Positions 1 through 8,707 of a stretch of 32,000 bases of DNA are shown here, one piece after another (position 1 is the stretch's first letter; each line of letters begins with the position of its first letter). This DNA is from Xylanibacter ruminicola 23 (GTDB lineage: Bacteria; Bacteroidota; Bacteroidia; Bacteroidales; Bacteroidaceae). The notes below the pieces were generated by a model. The model saw nothing but the letters and a program-made list of their open reading frames with translations, was not told the DNA's origin and searched no databases. A program made the translations under genes and the position numbers. The stretch is from the NCBI RefSeq assembly GCF_000025925.1, contig NC_014033.1, positions 2,190,001 through 2,222,000 of the forward strand. Direction: 5' to 3'.

Positions 1-1
1 C

Positions 2-1222
2 ATTAAGACCGTGGCCCTGTTTGGTGAGAACTCATACGACTTCCTGAGCGGTGGTACCGGTTCGGGTTGTGTTCACCCACCTTATGTGGTTGACATGCTG
101 GAGGGTTTGAAGAATGCCGGCATCAAATCGAGCGAGACTCTCACTGACATCTATCGCAAGTATATCGAGTTTGCAAGAGTAAAATTCCAGGCTGAGCGTC
201 ATCCTGCCAAGTGGTACCAGAACGAGTACTTCGGACAGCAGAAATATCCTGAGATCGGTCTGGATCCTATCTGTGTAAATAAGGAGGTGAATGGTGCCGA
301 TGCAGCTATCATCACCATCGGTCGTCAGGCTGGTGAGGGTGTGGATCGCGACATCAACACCGAGTTCAACCTGAACGCTGAGGAGCGTGCCCTGATTACA
401 AATGTGTGCAACGCTTTCCACGCTGCAGGCAAACCTGTGATTGTAATCATCAACTCGGGTAGTGTGATTGAGACTGCCTCATGGAGTGGTTATCCCGATG
501 CCATCCTGTGCGCTTGGCAGCCTGGTATGGAGGGTGGTAACTCGATTGCCGACCTGCTGACTGGTAAGGTGAATCCTTCGGGTAAGCTGACCATGACATG
601 GCCTATTGCTGCAACTGATCATGCATCGACCAAGAACTTCCCTGGACAGATTGACGACTACTCGCTGCAGCAGATGATTGGTAACAAGACCCCAATCCCT
701 GGACATGCCTACACCAACCATGAGGAGGATATCTACGTAGGTTATCGCTATTTCGACACCTTTGGTCGCGATGTGGCTTACCCATTCGGATTCGGACTGA
801 GCTACACCACCTTCGCCTTCTCAAAGCCTGTAGTAAAGGCCAAGGGTAAGGATGCTGTTGAGGTGAGCATCACCGTTAAGAACACCGGTAGCGTTAGTGG
901 TAAGGAGGTGGCTCAGGTATATGTGAAGGCTCCTAAGGGCAACCTGGAGAAGCCTGCACAGGAGCTGAAGGCCTTTGCCAAGAGTCGTGAGTTAAAGCCT
1001 GGCGAGAGCGAGGTGCTGACCATGACCATCCCTGTACGCATGCTGGCCAGCTTTGACGAGGCTAACAGTCAGTGGTTGACCGAGGCTGGTACCTATACCT
1101 TCTGTATAGGAAATAGCAGCCGCAACATTGCTGCGACTGCTACACTTAAGTTAGGTGAATATACCGAAAAGACTACGAATGCACTGGCACCTCAGCACAA
1201 ACTGAATCTGCTGAAGCAGTAA
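2..1222 (+). CDS. Glycoside hydrolase family 3 (beta-glucosidase-like), C-terminal part; 5' end lies outside the window
   Basis: The frame is open from the window edge. GH3 C-terminal hallmarks are present (YVGYRYFD, YPFGFGLSYTTF), followed by an Fn3-like tail (EVSITVKNTGSVSGKEVAQVYV). Confidence 0.85.
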   Translation: MKTVALFGENSYDFLSGGTGSGCVHPPYVVDMLEGLKNAGIKSSETLTDIYRKYIEFARVKFQAERHPAKWYQNEYFGQQKYPEIGLDPICVNKEVNGADAAIITIGRQAGEGVDRDINTEFNLNAEERALITNVCNAFHAAGKPVIVIINSGSVIETASWSGYPDAILCAWQPGMEGGNSIADLLTGKVNPSGKLTMTWPIAATDHASTKNFPGQIDDYSLQQMIGNKTPIPGHAYTNHEEDIYVGYRYFDTFGRDVAYPFGFGLSYTTFAFSKPVVKAKGKDAVEVSITVKNTGSVSGKEVAQVYVKAPKGNLEKPAQELKAFAKSRELKPGESEVLTMTIPVRMLASFDEANSQWLTEAGTYTFCIGNSSRNIAATATLKLGEYTEKTTNALAPQHKLNLLKQ

Positions 1223-1237
1223 GCACGTCGCATCTTT

Positions 1238-2977
1238 TTAGAATGATATTGTTAAGGAGCCGCCAATTACGAAAGTATGGCGGTTCTTTTTTATATGTGT
1301 GGTCACAGGCGACATCTCCGATATCATGTCAGCAGCATATGCCGGATCTATCTCCTGCATCATCTCCGCAAAGTCGAAATATGTCGGGAGAGCCGAATGC
1401 ATGAACTGTGTGGGATTATACTCCAACGTATAGGTCTTACGGGCCATATCATAATCTACAAACAGGCGCCAGGCATAATTCTCCTTGTAGGCATAGGTCA
1501 GCGAGATACCTGTTCCCCACTTAAAGGTGTTGTTGGCATTCAGCGTAAAGTAATCCCATTTGGTATCGTAGGTCTCATCTGTCTCGTAGAAAAAATTGGG
1601 ATCATCATCCAAGATGGCCATGGGGTTGACATCCACCACCTTACCCTGGTAATGGGCAGAGAGATTCAGCTCCTGCATGATACTACGACCGGCCAGCAAC
1701 TTGGCGCCCATAGCAAAACGCTTAGAGAGTGGCAGATTGAAATACACACCAAGGTCGGCAGCGAACTCTGTCAGGTGGTCGCTCTCAATCGTAAACTGAG
1801 GCTGTTTATCAGCTGTTCTGAAGACGATATTATTCAGTGGTCTCAGGTCCATGTCGGCATCAAGATCCTTAAACATCTCCTTCACATCCTGGTCGGCATA
1901 GTTCAACACGCGGTCCCAGCCATTGATAGGTGTGCTATTCACACGCAGACGACCACCCACACCAACATACTTATTGAAGAAATAGGCACCCTCGGCAGAT
2001 ACGGCAGTAGAAGCACCAAACTTCAGGTTAAAGTTGTCGTGGGCATCACTCATGGTCTCCGCACCGAAGTCGAGCGATTGCGAACCTAATCCTAATCCCA
2101 TCGAGATAGAGAAGAACGATGGATGGTCGATGATGCTACGCTCGCTGATGGCATCGCCACGCAACAGCCCCTTACCCTTGAAAATCAGGTCGCTCATGGC
2201 ATAAGCCAACTCACCCGACATGATACCTACACCAGCACCTGAGAGCACATCGCTTACCCAGTGACGGTTGTTCAGCACACGCATCACACCAGTAGCTGTG
2301 GCCACACCATAACCAGCCACAGAGTACCAAGGCGAACGGGTTAAGCCATACTCCTTATGCAGAATGGTAGCACCCACAAAGGCTGTTGCTGTATGACCGC
2401 TGGGCCATGAGTTACGTGTAGAACCATCGGGGCGCATCTCCTTGGCGGTGTACTTAATACTGTTGACAAACAAGGCCATGAAACCATACGACATAGCTGT
2501 AGAGGCCAGATAACGCCCCCAATCACTACGCCCCTCTACACCAGCAATCTTCAAGCCAGTAGCCATCACCGGACCAAAGAACTGGGTGTAGTTATCAATC
2601 TCGGTCTTAAAGTCGGTCACCAGTGTGTGCTTGTTCTCACTGGTGTTCTGACGAAACGATTTCTTCTCGCCCTTGGCAATGATACCAGCCACAAACAAAG
2701 GGATACCAGCAAAGGTGAGATCGTCCATCACCTTATAGGGTTTTACACCAGGGTTGGTACGCATCCACGTGAGCTGATATTTCTCGCTGCTACCCATCAA
2801 AGGCGACATGGGCAGTTCCAGTTCCTGACGATAGGCAGGGGCAGCCTGACAGTCGAGCTTCATCTCCATCTCAGGCGTCTGCAACTTCAACGGTTCCAGA
2901 TTGATATCAAGATCAGCGGCTTTTGCTACGTTGCCCATAGCAAACATCATGAGTAATACAAAAAAAGTTTTCTTCAC
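1238..2977 (-). CDS. PAP2-family phosphatase with signal peptide and long beta-rich C-terminal domain
   Basis: 579-aa ORF with signal peptide MKKTFFVLLMMFAMGNVAKA. PAP2 motifs are present: KEMRPDG, WPSGHTA, NNRHWVSDV. The C-terminal ~300 aa have an alternating beta-strand pattern and end in GGSLTISF. Confidence 0.8.
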   Translation of the reverse strand: MKKTFFVLLMMFAMGNVAKAADLDINLEPLKLQTPEMEMKLDCQAAPAYRQELELPMSPLMGSSEKYQLTWMRTNPGVKPYKVMDDLTFAGIPLFVAGIIAKGEKKSFRQNTSENKHTLVTDFKTEIDNYTQFFGPVMATGLKIAGVEGRSDWGRYLASTAMSYGFMALFVNSIKYTAKEMRPDGSTRNSWPSGHTATAFVGATILHKEYGLTRSPWYSVAGYGVATATGVMRVLNNRHWVSDVLSGAGVGIMSGELAYAMSDLIFKGKGLLRGDAISERSIIDHPSFFSISMGLGLGSQSLDFGAETMSDAHDNFNLKFGASTAVSAEGAYFFNKYVGVGGRLRVNSTPINGWDRVLNYADQDVKEMFKDLDADMDLRPLNNIVFRTADKQPQFTIESDHLTEFAADLGVYFNLPLSKRFAMGAKLLAGRSIMQELNLSAHYQGKVVDVNPMAILDDDPNFFYETDETYDTKWDYFTLNANNTFKWGTGISLTYAYKENYAWRLFVDYDMARKTYTLEYNPTQFMHSALPTYFDFAEMMQEIDPAYAADMISEMSPVTTHIKKNRHTFVIGGSLTISF

Positions 2978-3102
2978 CGTTATAATTATTTAGATTAGAA
3001 TGTTTACCTATTTATAATTGCAAAATTATGAAAAAATTGAGATAACCGGGTGGATTTCTGTTTTAATTTTTGTTAATTCTGCCAAAATTCCAAAAAATAT
3101 CG

Positions 3103-3110
3103 TATCTTTG
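3103..3110 (+). promoter_or_regulatory. Bacteroidetes -7 promoter box (TATCTTTG)
   Basis: Exact TAnnTTTG match about 48 nt upstream of the ATG at 3158, in an AT-rich intergenic region. Confidence 0.55.
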
Positions 3111-3157
3111 CAGACATAAAAGGGACGTTTTGTTATGAATGATTAAAAACTACGATT

Positions 3158-4618
3158 ATGATGCATAAGTACGAAGAAGCGGTACGCTGCTTGTTATGCG
3201 AGGATGCTCCTTGCACCAAAGCGTGCGGTAAAGGTGACGTGGCCAGAGCCATCCGTGCCATCCGATTTGATAACGAAAAGAATGCCTGGCGCTGGGTAGC
3301 GGGTTGTACTGACGACGATCTGTTACGTGCCGAACAGGCGTGTATCCACTACGATCAACCTATCAGAATCAAGGAACTGCTGGCAGATTGCGCATCTGCC
3401 AAGGAACAGACGGTTGATGCCATGCAACAATCGCTGGGTATCACATTCTGCGGCATTGACTGCGAGAATCCATTCTTCTTAGCATCATCGGCCGTATGTA
3501 CCAACTACGATATGGTGGCACGCGCCTTTGAGGCTGGTTGGGCAGGTGTGTTCTATAAGACCATCTGTAAGCAGGATATCCGTGAGGTATCGCCCCGTTT
3601 CGATGCAGTAAAGAAAGGCACTACCTTTGCGGGATTCCGTAACATGGAGCAGTTGTCGGAGAATCCCTATCAGGTAGATTTCGACATTCTGCGCCGATTG
3701 AAGCAGAACTACCCCACCAAGGTGGTAATTGCCTCGATTATGGGACAGTTTGAGGAGGAGTGGATAGAGCTGGCCAAGCTGGCCGAAGAGGCTGGCTGCG
3801 ATGCAATAGAGTTGAACTTCTCGTGCCCACAGATGCGACTGGCAGGTATGGGTAGCGACATCGGTCAGGATCCGGAGTTGGTGAACTTCTACACCAGCTA
3901 TGTAAAACGTAGCGTAAAGATTCCTGTGATACCCAAGATGACACCTAACATCACGCAGATGACCCGTCCGGCTATGGGGGCTTACTTTGCTGGTGCCGAT
4001 GCCATCTCGGCTATCAACACCATCAAGAGTGTGACCATGTCGAAAGAGGCTGAGGTGAGCGGTAAGCAAACCCTATCGGGCTACAGCGGACAGGCTGTAA
4101 AGCCCATTGCCTTGCGCTTTATCCTGGAGATGAGTATGGATCCTGTGATTAACGGTACACATGGCAGAGCCATAGAACTGAGTGGTATAGGTGGTATTGA
4201 GACATGGCGCGATGCCGTGGATTTCATACAGTTAGGTTGTAGGAACGTACAGGTTTGTACCGCCGTGATGCAGTATGGCTATCGGATTATAGACGACCTG
4301 GTATCAGGTTTGCAGACCTACCTGACAGAACGAGGATTTGAGAAGTTAGACGACCTGGTAGGCGAACAGCTGCCCAACTTTGTGAGACCATCCGACCTGG
4401 ATCGCGACACCATGGTATATCCCAAGGTGGACCATGAGCGCTGTATCGGTTGCGGGCGCTGTTATATCTCGTGTATGGATGGCGGACACCAGGCCATTGC
4501 GTTCGAGGAGCGCCAGCCACGCATCATAGGCACCAAGTGCGTAGGCTGTCACCTATGTCGACTGGTATGTCCCACTGGGGCCATCGGACTTACCAAACGT
4601 ATTCCAAAAAAGAGATGA
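3158..4618 (+). CDS. preA: Dihydropyrimidine/dihydroorotate dehydrogenase-family flavoprotein with 4Fe-4S ferredoxin domains (PreA-like)
   Basis: 486 aa with a DHODH-like TIM-barrel loop (IELNFSCPQ). Two C-terminal ferredoxin motifs are present (CIGCGRCYISC, CVGCHLCRLVCP), plus an N-terminal Cys cluster (CLLCEDAPCTKAC). Confidence 0.75.
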   Translation: MMHKYEEAVRCLLCEDAPCTKACGKGDVARAIRAIRFDNEKNAWRWVAGCTDDDLLRAEQACIHYDQPIRIKELLADCASAKEQTVDAMQQSLGITFCGIDCENPFFLASSAVCTNYDMVARAFEAGWAGVFYKTICKQDIREVSPRFDAVKKGTTFAGFRNMEQLSENPYQVDFDILRRLKQNYPTKVVIASIMGQFEEEWIELAKLAEEAGCDAIELNFSCPQMRLAGMGSDIGQDPELVNFYTSYVKRSVKIPVIPKMTPNITQMTRPAMGAYFAGADAISAINTIKSVTMSKEAEVSGKQTLSGYSGQAVKPIALRFILEMSMDPVINGTHGRAIELSGIGGIETWRDAVDFIQLGCRNVQVCTAVMQYGYRIIDDLVSGLQTYLTERGFEKLDDLVGEQLPNFVRPSDLDRDTMVYPKVDHERCIGCGRCYISCMDGGHQAIAFEERQPRIIGTKCVGCHLCRLVCPTGAIGLTKRIPKKR

Positions 4619-5325
4619 ACAGAATAATCGTTATACTTTGTCTGTTGCTTGGTACTATAACCATGCAGGCACAAAACGCATTTGTAGGTCAGCATCGCTA
4701 TAATGGTGAGCATAAAAACGAGATATCGGGCTATGCAATAGCAGGTAACAACGTGGTTGTTAGTGGCTATGGCGGTTTCGGTCTCTCGTATAAACGGCAT
4801 TTGAATGATCGTTGGCATGTGGGGGCTGATGTTCAACAACAGTGGGGCAAGCAGCTCTACTCGAACGACGTGCAGGGTGGTTACCGGTTGCCCGTCTGGT
4901 GGGGTGATATCTATATAGATGGCAAACTGATGTACAACCGCTACAATCGCTGGAATGCCAACGAAACTATCGGGAACCTCTCTCTGACTTGGGAGATGCC
5001 GTATTTCTATCTGCGAGTAGGTGAATCGTATATTCATTGGAAAACCGGTGACTTCGGCTATACCGAACCACTGACTCTTACCTTCGGATTCGGAGCCATG
5101 ATTCGTCCACGTACCAACTCATGGAATATTGGACTCTTTTTCCGTAACTACGACGATTTCTATTATGAGAACTGGAACATCAACTGGGGACTGAATTTTT
5201 ACGGGAGACTGACCAAACAGATGTACTTATTTGGCGAACTCAATATCCGTCCCGCTGGCAGTATGAGTCAGTTGGCCAGTAAATACGAAACATCGGGAAA
5301 ATTAGGACTTAAATACGCATGGTGA
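4615..5325 (+). CDS. Secreted beta-barrel-like outer-membrane protein, function unknown
   Basis: The in-frame ATG at 4615 overlaps the upstream stop (ATGA). Signal peptide is MNRIIVILCLLLGTITMQAQ. The sequence is aromatic and Gly-rich with a beta pattern, and ends in KYAW. The track start at 4450 lies inside the upstream gene. Confidence 0.6.
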   Translation: MNRIIVILCLLLGTITMQAQNAFVGQHRYNGEHKNEISGYAIAGNNVVVSGYGGFGLSYKRHLNDRWHVGADVQQQWGKQLYSNDVQGGYRLPVWWGDIYIDGKLMYNRYNRWNANETIGNLSLTWEMPYFYLRVGESYIHWKTGDFGYTEPLTLTFGFGAMIRPRTNSWNIGLFFRNYDDFYYENWNINWGLNFYGRLTKQMYLFGELNIRPAGSMSQLASKYETSGKLGLKYAW

Positions 5326-6305
5326 CAATGAAGACTACACATTATATATTATTAGGAGCTGTACTGCTGGTGCTTTCGGCTTGCGACAAAGTGAGTCCGA
5401 TTGGAGTATTGGTAAGTGGCACGGGTGTTGAGGATCGTGTTAAGATGTCGAATGCCTATTATCAGGGTCATAAGGGTGAAGGTAGTATGCTCAGTGGTTA
5501 TGAAGGGGATGAATACACATTCTTAGTGGGTGCCGACAGTCATCTGACAACCGATGATGGTCGTATGCGCGAAATGCTACAGATTGCGCTCGACAACAAC
5601 GATCTGCTGATAGCGCATCTGGGTGATATCGCCGATACCAAAGCAGAATACTACATCATACTTGAAGACCTGATAGATGAGTATCGAGAGAAATATGCGA
5701 AGAAATACTACGCCGAACAGTATTTGAACGATGAAAAATTCTCGCTTGATCAGGTGAGATATCCCTTTTATCCAGTGGTGGGCAATCATGATATCACACA
5801 TAATGGATGGGCATTGTGGTCGAACATATTCCACTCATCGTTCTATGATGTCTATGTGCTGGTAAATCTCGATCCTCCTCAGTTAGATCATTTTATTTTC
5901 CTCGACTCGGCCAGTGGTACGTTGGGACGTGAACAGGTCAGACTATTAGAAGAAGGCGTATTGAATGATTATTATGATACAGGTGAGAAAATAATCCGTC
6001 ATACCTTCGTATTCAGTCATACCAATATCTTCCGTCCGCGATCAGTAGAGTTCGCCTCTACCTTCCCGCGTGAGGAGATGTTCTTCCTGTTGAACAAGTT
6101 TAGTGAGTGGGAAACGGATATGGTATTCCTAGGGCATGTGCATAAATGGGACTATCAGAAAGTAGGCGATACCGAATACCTGACGCTCGACTCGATGTGT
6201 GAGGCCAACAATCCCCAACCTGGCGATTATCTGGTTCGTGTGCATGTGAAGAAAGACGGCACTATCAGTTGGGAGAAGGTTAGAATGAATTATACCAAAA
6301 AATAA
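5319..6305 (+). CDS. Calcineurin-like metallophosphoesterase lipoprotein
   Basis: 328 aa with a lipobox (LLVLSAC) and the motifs GDIAD, GNHD and GHVH. It overlaps the upstream gene by 7 nt. An alternative ATG lies at 5328. Confidence 0.75.
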   Translation: MVTMKTTHYILLGAVLLVLSACDKVSPIGVLVSGTGVEDRVKMSNAYYQGHKGEGSMLSGYEGDEYTFLVGADSHLTTDDGRMREMLQIALDNNDLLIAHLGDIADTKAEYYIILEDLIDEYREKYAKKYYAEQYLNDEKFSLDQVRYPFYPVVGNHDITHNGWALWSNIFHSSFYDVYVLVNLDPPQLDHFIFLDSASGTLGREQVRLLEEGVLNDYYDTGEKIIRHTFVFSHTNIFRPRSVEFASTFPREEMFFLLNKFSEWETDMVFLGHVHKWDYQKVGDTEYLTLDSMCEANNPQPGDYLVRVHVKKDGTISWEKVRMNYTKK

Positions 6306-6310
6306 AAAAA

Positions 6311-6340
6311 GGGCGCGCATCAACTGCGGGCCCTTTTGTT
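6311..6340 (+). terminator. Rho-independent terminator after the phosphoesterase gene
   Basis: GC stem GGGCGCGC...GCGGGCCC followed by TTTTGTTGTT and preceded by an A-run. Confidence 0.6.
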
Positions 6341-6583
6341 GTTAACTATTCGTTTAACATCTACTAACAAAGTTTTTAAAACCAACTACTAACTAAATTC
6401 GATTGCAAATATACAACATTGTATGACTGTTTGCAAGTATTTTAACAATATTTACCCGCAGAAATCAAAAAAGTACGCATCTTTGCAAAATGACGACTGC
6501 AAGTTATACAATTTTGCCTTAGGTATATGCGCATAAAAAATGTTAAAGTTTTAATTATCGTCCCGACTAATCGAAAAATATCG

Positions 6584-6591
6584 TATCTTTG
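6584..6591 (+). promoter_or_regulatory. Bacteroidetes -7 promoter box (TATCTTTG)
   Basis: Exact TAnnTTTG about 30 nt upstream of the ATG at 6622. The flank (ATATCGTATCTTTGCAG) matches the one at 3103. Confidence 0.55.
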
Positions 6592-6621
6592 CAGCGAGAT
6601 TTTAAGACAATTTAAGCTATT

Positions 6622-7419
6622 ATGCCAATTAAGAAATACATTCAGCCTGTTTATATACTTGCAATGTGCTTCGTGATTCTACTCACAAGCAGTTGCAAGC
6701 GCCAAGCAAATGCGACTGCCACAGTGGTTGCTCCTGATGATGCCAGTGGCTTTGTAACACTGACCGATGCTGTACCCGATGCCATCCTGGAGATACGTTA
6801 CTTTGGTACCTACAACTTTGTGGGACAGCGTATTGATGGTTATCTGGAACCCACAGCCCTGCTCACCAAGCAAGCAGCAGACAGTCTGCGTGCAGTGAGC
6901 GACGACGTGAAGGCGCAGGGTTACCGACTAAAGATTTACGATGCTTATCGTCCACAAAAGGGTGTTGACCATTTTGTACGTTGGGCAGAGGATATACCTG
7001 ATACACTGATGAAGCGCTACTTCTACCCCGACTTAGACAAGAGCGTACTGTTTGAGCAGGAGTATATCTATGAGAAGAGCGGACACACACGTGGCAGCAC
7101 GGTTGATCTGACCCTGTTTGACATGAACACAGAGAAGGAACTCGACATGGGTGGCACCTTCGACTGGTTCGGACCAGAGAGTCATCCTGACTTCTGCGGT
7201 AATCCCGAAACAGGCGATTACACGGGTGACAACTCGAAGTCGCCCCAGGGCCGTAAGATTACCGAAAAACAGTTTAATAACCGCATGATACTGCGCAACG
7301 CCATGCTGGCACATGGTTTTAAACCACTCGACAGCGAATGGTGGCATTTTACACTTGAGAACGAACCATATCCTGATACCTATTTTACTTTTGAGGTGAA
7401 ACAGCTAAAACAAAAATAA
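6622..7419 (+). CDS. ddpX: D-alanyl-D-alanine dipeptidase (VanX/DdpX, peptidase M15D) lipoprotein
   Basis: 265 aa with a lipobox (LLTSSC) and the VanX-type zinc motifs SGHTRGSTVDLTL and EWWHF. Confidence 0.85.
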   Translation: MPIKKYIQPVYILAMCFVILLTSSCKRQANATATVVAPDDASGFVTLTDAVPDAILEIRYFGTYNFVGQRIDGYLEPTALLTKQAADSLRAVSDDVKAQGYRLKIYDAYRPQKGVDHFVRWAEDIPDTLMKRYFYPDLDKSVLFEQEYIYEKSGHTRGSTVDLTLFDMNTEKELDMGGTFDWFGPESHPDFCGNPETGDYTGDNSKSPQGRKITEKQFNNRMILRNAMLAHGFKPLDSEWWHFTLENEPYPDTYFTFEVKQLKQK

Positions 7420-7443
7420 ATAGGGAAGGAAAATCTAACGAAT

Positions 7444-7490
7444 GAAAAAACGAAAGGGGGAGATGCTGTCGTCGCGACGGGGTCTCCCCC
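7444..7490 (-). terminator. Strong intrinsic terminator, functional on the minus strand
   Basis: The minus strand reads GGGGGAGA-(19-nt loop)-TCTCCCCC followed by TTTCGTTTTTTC. The plus-strand reading has no U-tract. Confidence 0.8.
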
Positions 7491-7559
7491 GAACTTATAT
7501 AATAATACACGTATGATTGCCTCAACCACCCTTACATCGAGAGTGTTTCAGCAACAAAA

Positions 7560-7712
7560 TCGCAGAAGGCTGGTCTTCAGACTTTCCTCCACTATCCGAC
7601 GCCTTCTCGCTCAAAACGGGGCAATGGCCTATAGTCGGACAGCCATAATGGAGTTCACTGCTGCGGGACAGTCGGAGATTCTCACTCACATTCCCAATTA
7701 AGCACAGTTACG
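7560..7712 (-). promoter_or_regulatory. Cobalamin (B12) riboswitch-like aptamer
   Basis: The minus strand carries TTGGGAATGTGAGTGAGAATCTCCGACTGTCCCGCAGCAGTGAA. This resembles the recalled core pattern GGGAA..GGTG.GAA.TC....CTG.C.CGCAGC.GTAA. It also carries GCCATTG...GTGGAGGAAAGTC and a B12-box-like AAGTCTGAAGACCAGCC. The comparison to the E. coli btuB leader and the Rfam consensus is from memory. Confidence 0.75.
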
Positions 7713-7724
7713 TGCACCTTCGCG

Positions 7725-7746
7725 GGTGATATTACGCAATATCACC
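7725..7746 (-). other. 9-bp perfect hairpin immediately after the lrp stop
   Basis: GGTGATATT-ACGC-AATATCACC. There is no U-tract on either strand. Confidence 0.5.
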
Positions 7747-7748
7747 AG

Positions 7749-8246
7749 TTATCCCTCGGCCGACGCTTCGGCTTCGGTATCTTGTGTCAGCAAATCGGCA
7801 ATAGGCAGCTGACGGTCGATAGCCGTATGGAACGATATCAGCGTCTCACTGCTTGAAAGGCCGAGTGGCTGCAGCTTATCATGGATAATAGTAAGCAGAT
7901 GGTGGTTATTGCGGGCATAGATCTTGATAAACATATCAAAGTTACCCGTGGTAAAGTGGCACTCCACCACCTCAGGAATCTGCTTCAGTTGTTCAAGTAC
8001 CTCGTCGAACTTAGCGGGGTCTTTCAGGTTCAGACCAATAAAGGCACAGGTCTCGTAGCCCACGCTTTCGGGCTCAATCAGGTACTGGGTGCCCTTCAGT
8101 ACACCCATGTTGTTCATCTTCTGGATGTGCTGGTGAATAGCAGCACCACTTACATTACAAGCACGAGCCACCTCCAGGAATGGAATACGGGCATCGGCGG
8201 CTATCAGACTCAGAATCTGCTTGTCGAGTTCGTCAATTTTTACCAT
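7749..8246 (-). CDS. lrp: Lrp/AsnC-family transcriptional regulator
   Basis: 165 aa with an N-terminal HTH (LDKQILSLIAADARIPFLEVARACNVSGAAIHQHIQKM) and a C-terminal RAM/AsnC domain. Confidence 0.85.
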   Translation of the reverse strand: MVKIDELDKQILSLIAADARIPFLEVARACNVSGAAIHQHIQKMNNMGVLKGTQYLIEPESVGYETCAFIGLNLKDPAKFDEVLEQLKQIPEVVECHFTTGNFDMFIKIYARNNHHLLTIIHDKLQPLGLSSSETLISFHTAIDRQLPIADLLTQDTEAEASAEG

Positions 8247-8254
8247 AGCAGTAG

Positions 8255-8707
8255 TTATTTTTTGATTTCTGTTGCACTATAATTAATCTTCAAGGCATAG
8301 GCCTGTTGCAGCTGGCGTTTCACCTCGCTGACCAAACCCATGGGGGCCTTTTTATCAACACGCAGACTAACGGTGAGTCGCTGTTGATTCTCTTGAGAGA
8401 GCCCACTACGAATCTCTTCGATACGGGCTGGAATATCGCCTGGCTGTACGATGTCGTTGTTGAGCTGTACATGCCAAGCCTCACCTTTATGGCCGATATA
8501 GATGTTTACCACGGCCTGCTTATTGGCTAACTTCTGCACCTCGCTGCCCTGAGGCACCTGCAGGCGCACCTTTACCTCGTCGCTACGCATGTGGGTGACA
8601 ATCATGAAGAAGAAGAGCACCGTAAAAATCAGGTCGGGCATCGAGGCCACATTGAGAGATGGCACACTGCGACGAGTCTGACTGAACTTGCTACGCATAG
8701 GTCTCAT
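8255..8707 (-). CDS. exbD: ExbD/TolR biopolymer transport protein
   Basis: 150 aa with a single N-terminal TM (DLIFTVLFFFMIV) and an ExbD-like periplasmic domain. It overlaps the upstream exbD by 4 nt. Confidence 0.8.
   Translation of the reverse strand: MRPMRSKFSQTRRSVPSLNVASMPDLIFTVLFFFMIVTHMRSDEVKVRLQVPQGSEVQKLANKQAVVNIYIGHKGEAWHVQLNNDIVQPGDIPARIEEIRSGLSQENQQRLTVSLRVDKKAPMGLVSEVKRQLQQAYALKINYSATEIKK

Noticed and set aside
4450-4614. N-terminal extensions of track ORFs (4450, 18477, 20356, 20446, 28379)
   Set aside because: The extensions overlap upstream genes or promoter boxes. In-frame ATGs giving proper signal peptides or conserved N-termini were chosen instead.
7575-7600. GGAGGAAAGTC on the minus strand, reminiscent of the RNase P RNA P4 strand
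   Set aside because: An RNase P RNA of 350-400 nt would have to extend into ddpX. No matching 3' P4 strand was found. The surrounding motifs fit a B12 aptamer instead.
7513-7701. 62-aa plus-strand ORF between ddpX and lrp
   Set aside because: It lies exactly antisense to the cobalamin-riboswitch-like aptamer, has no promoter box, and its composition is not protein-like. The RNA element explains the region better.
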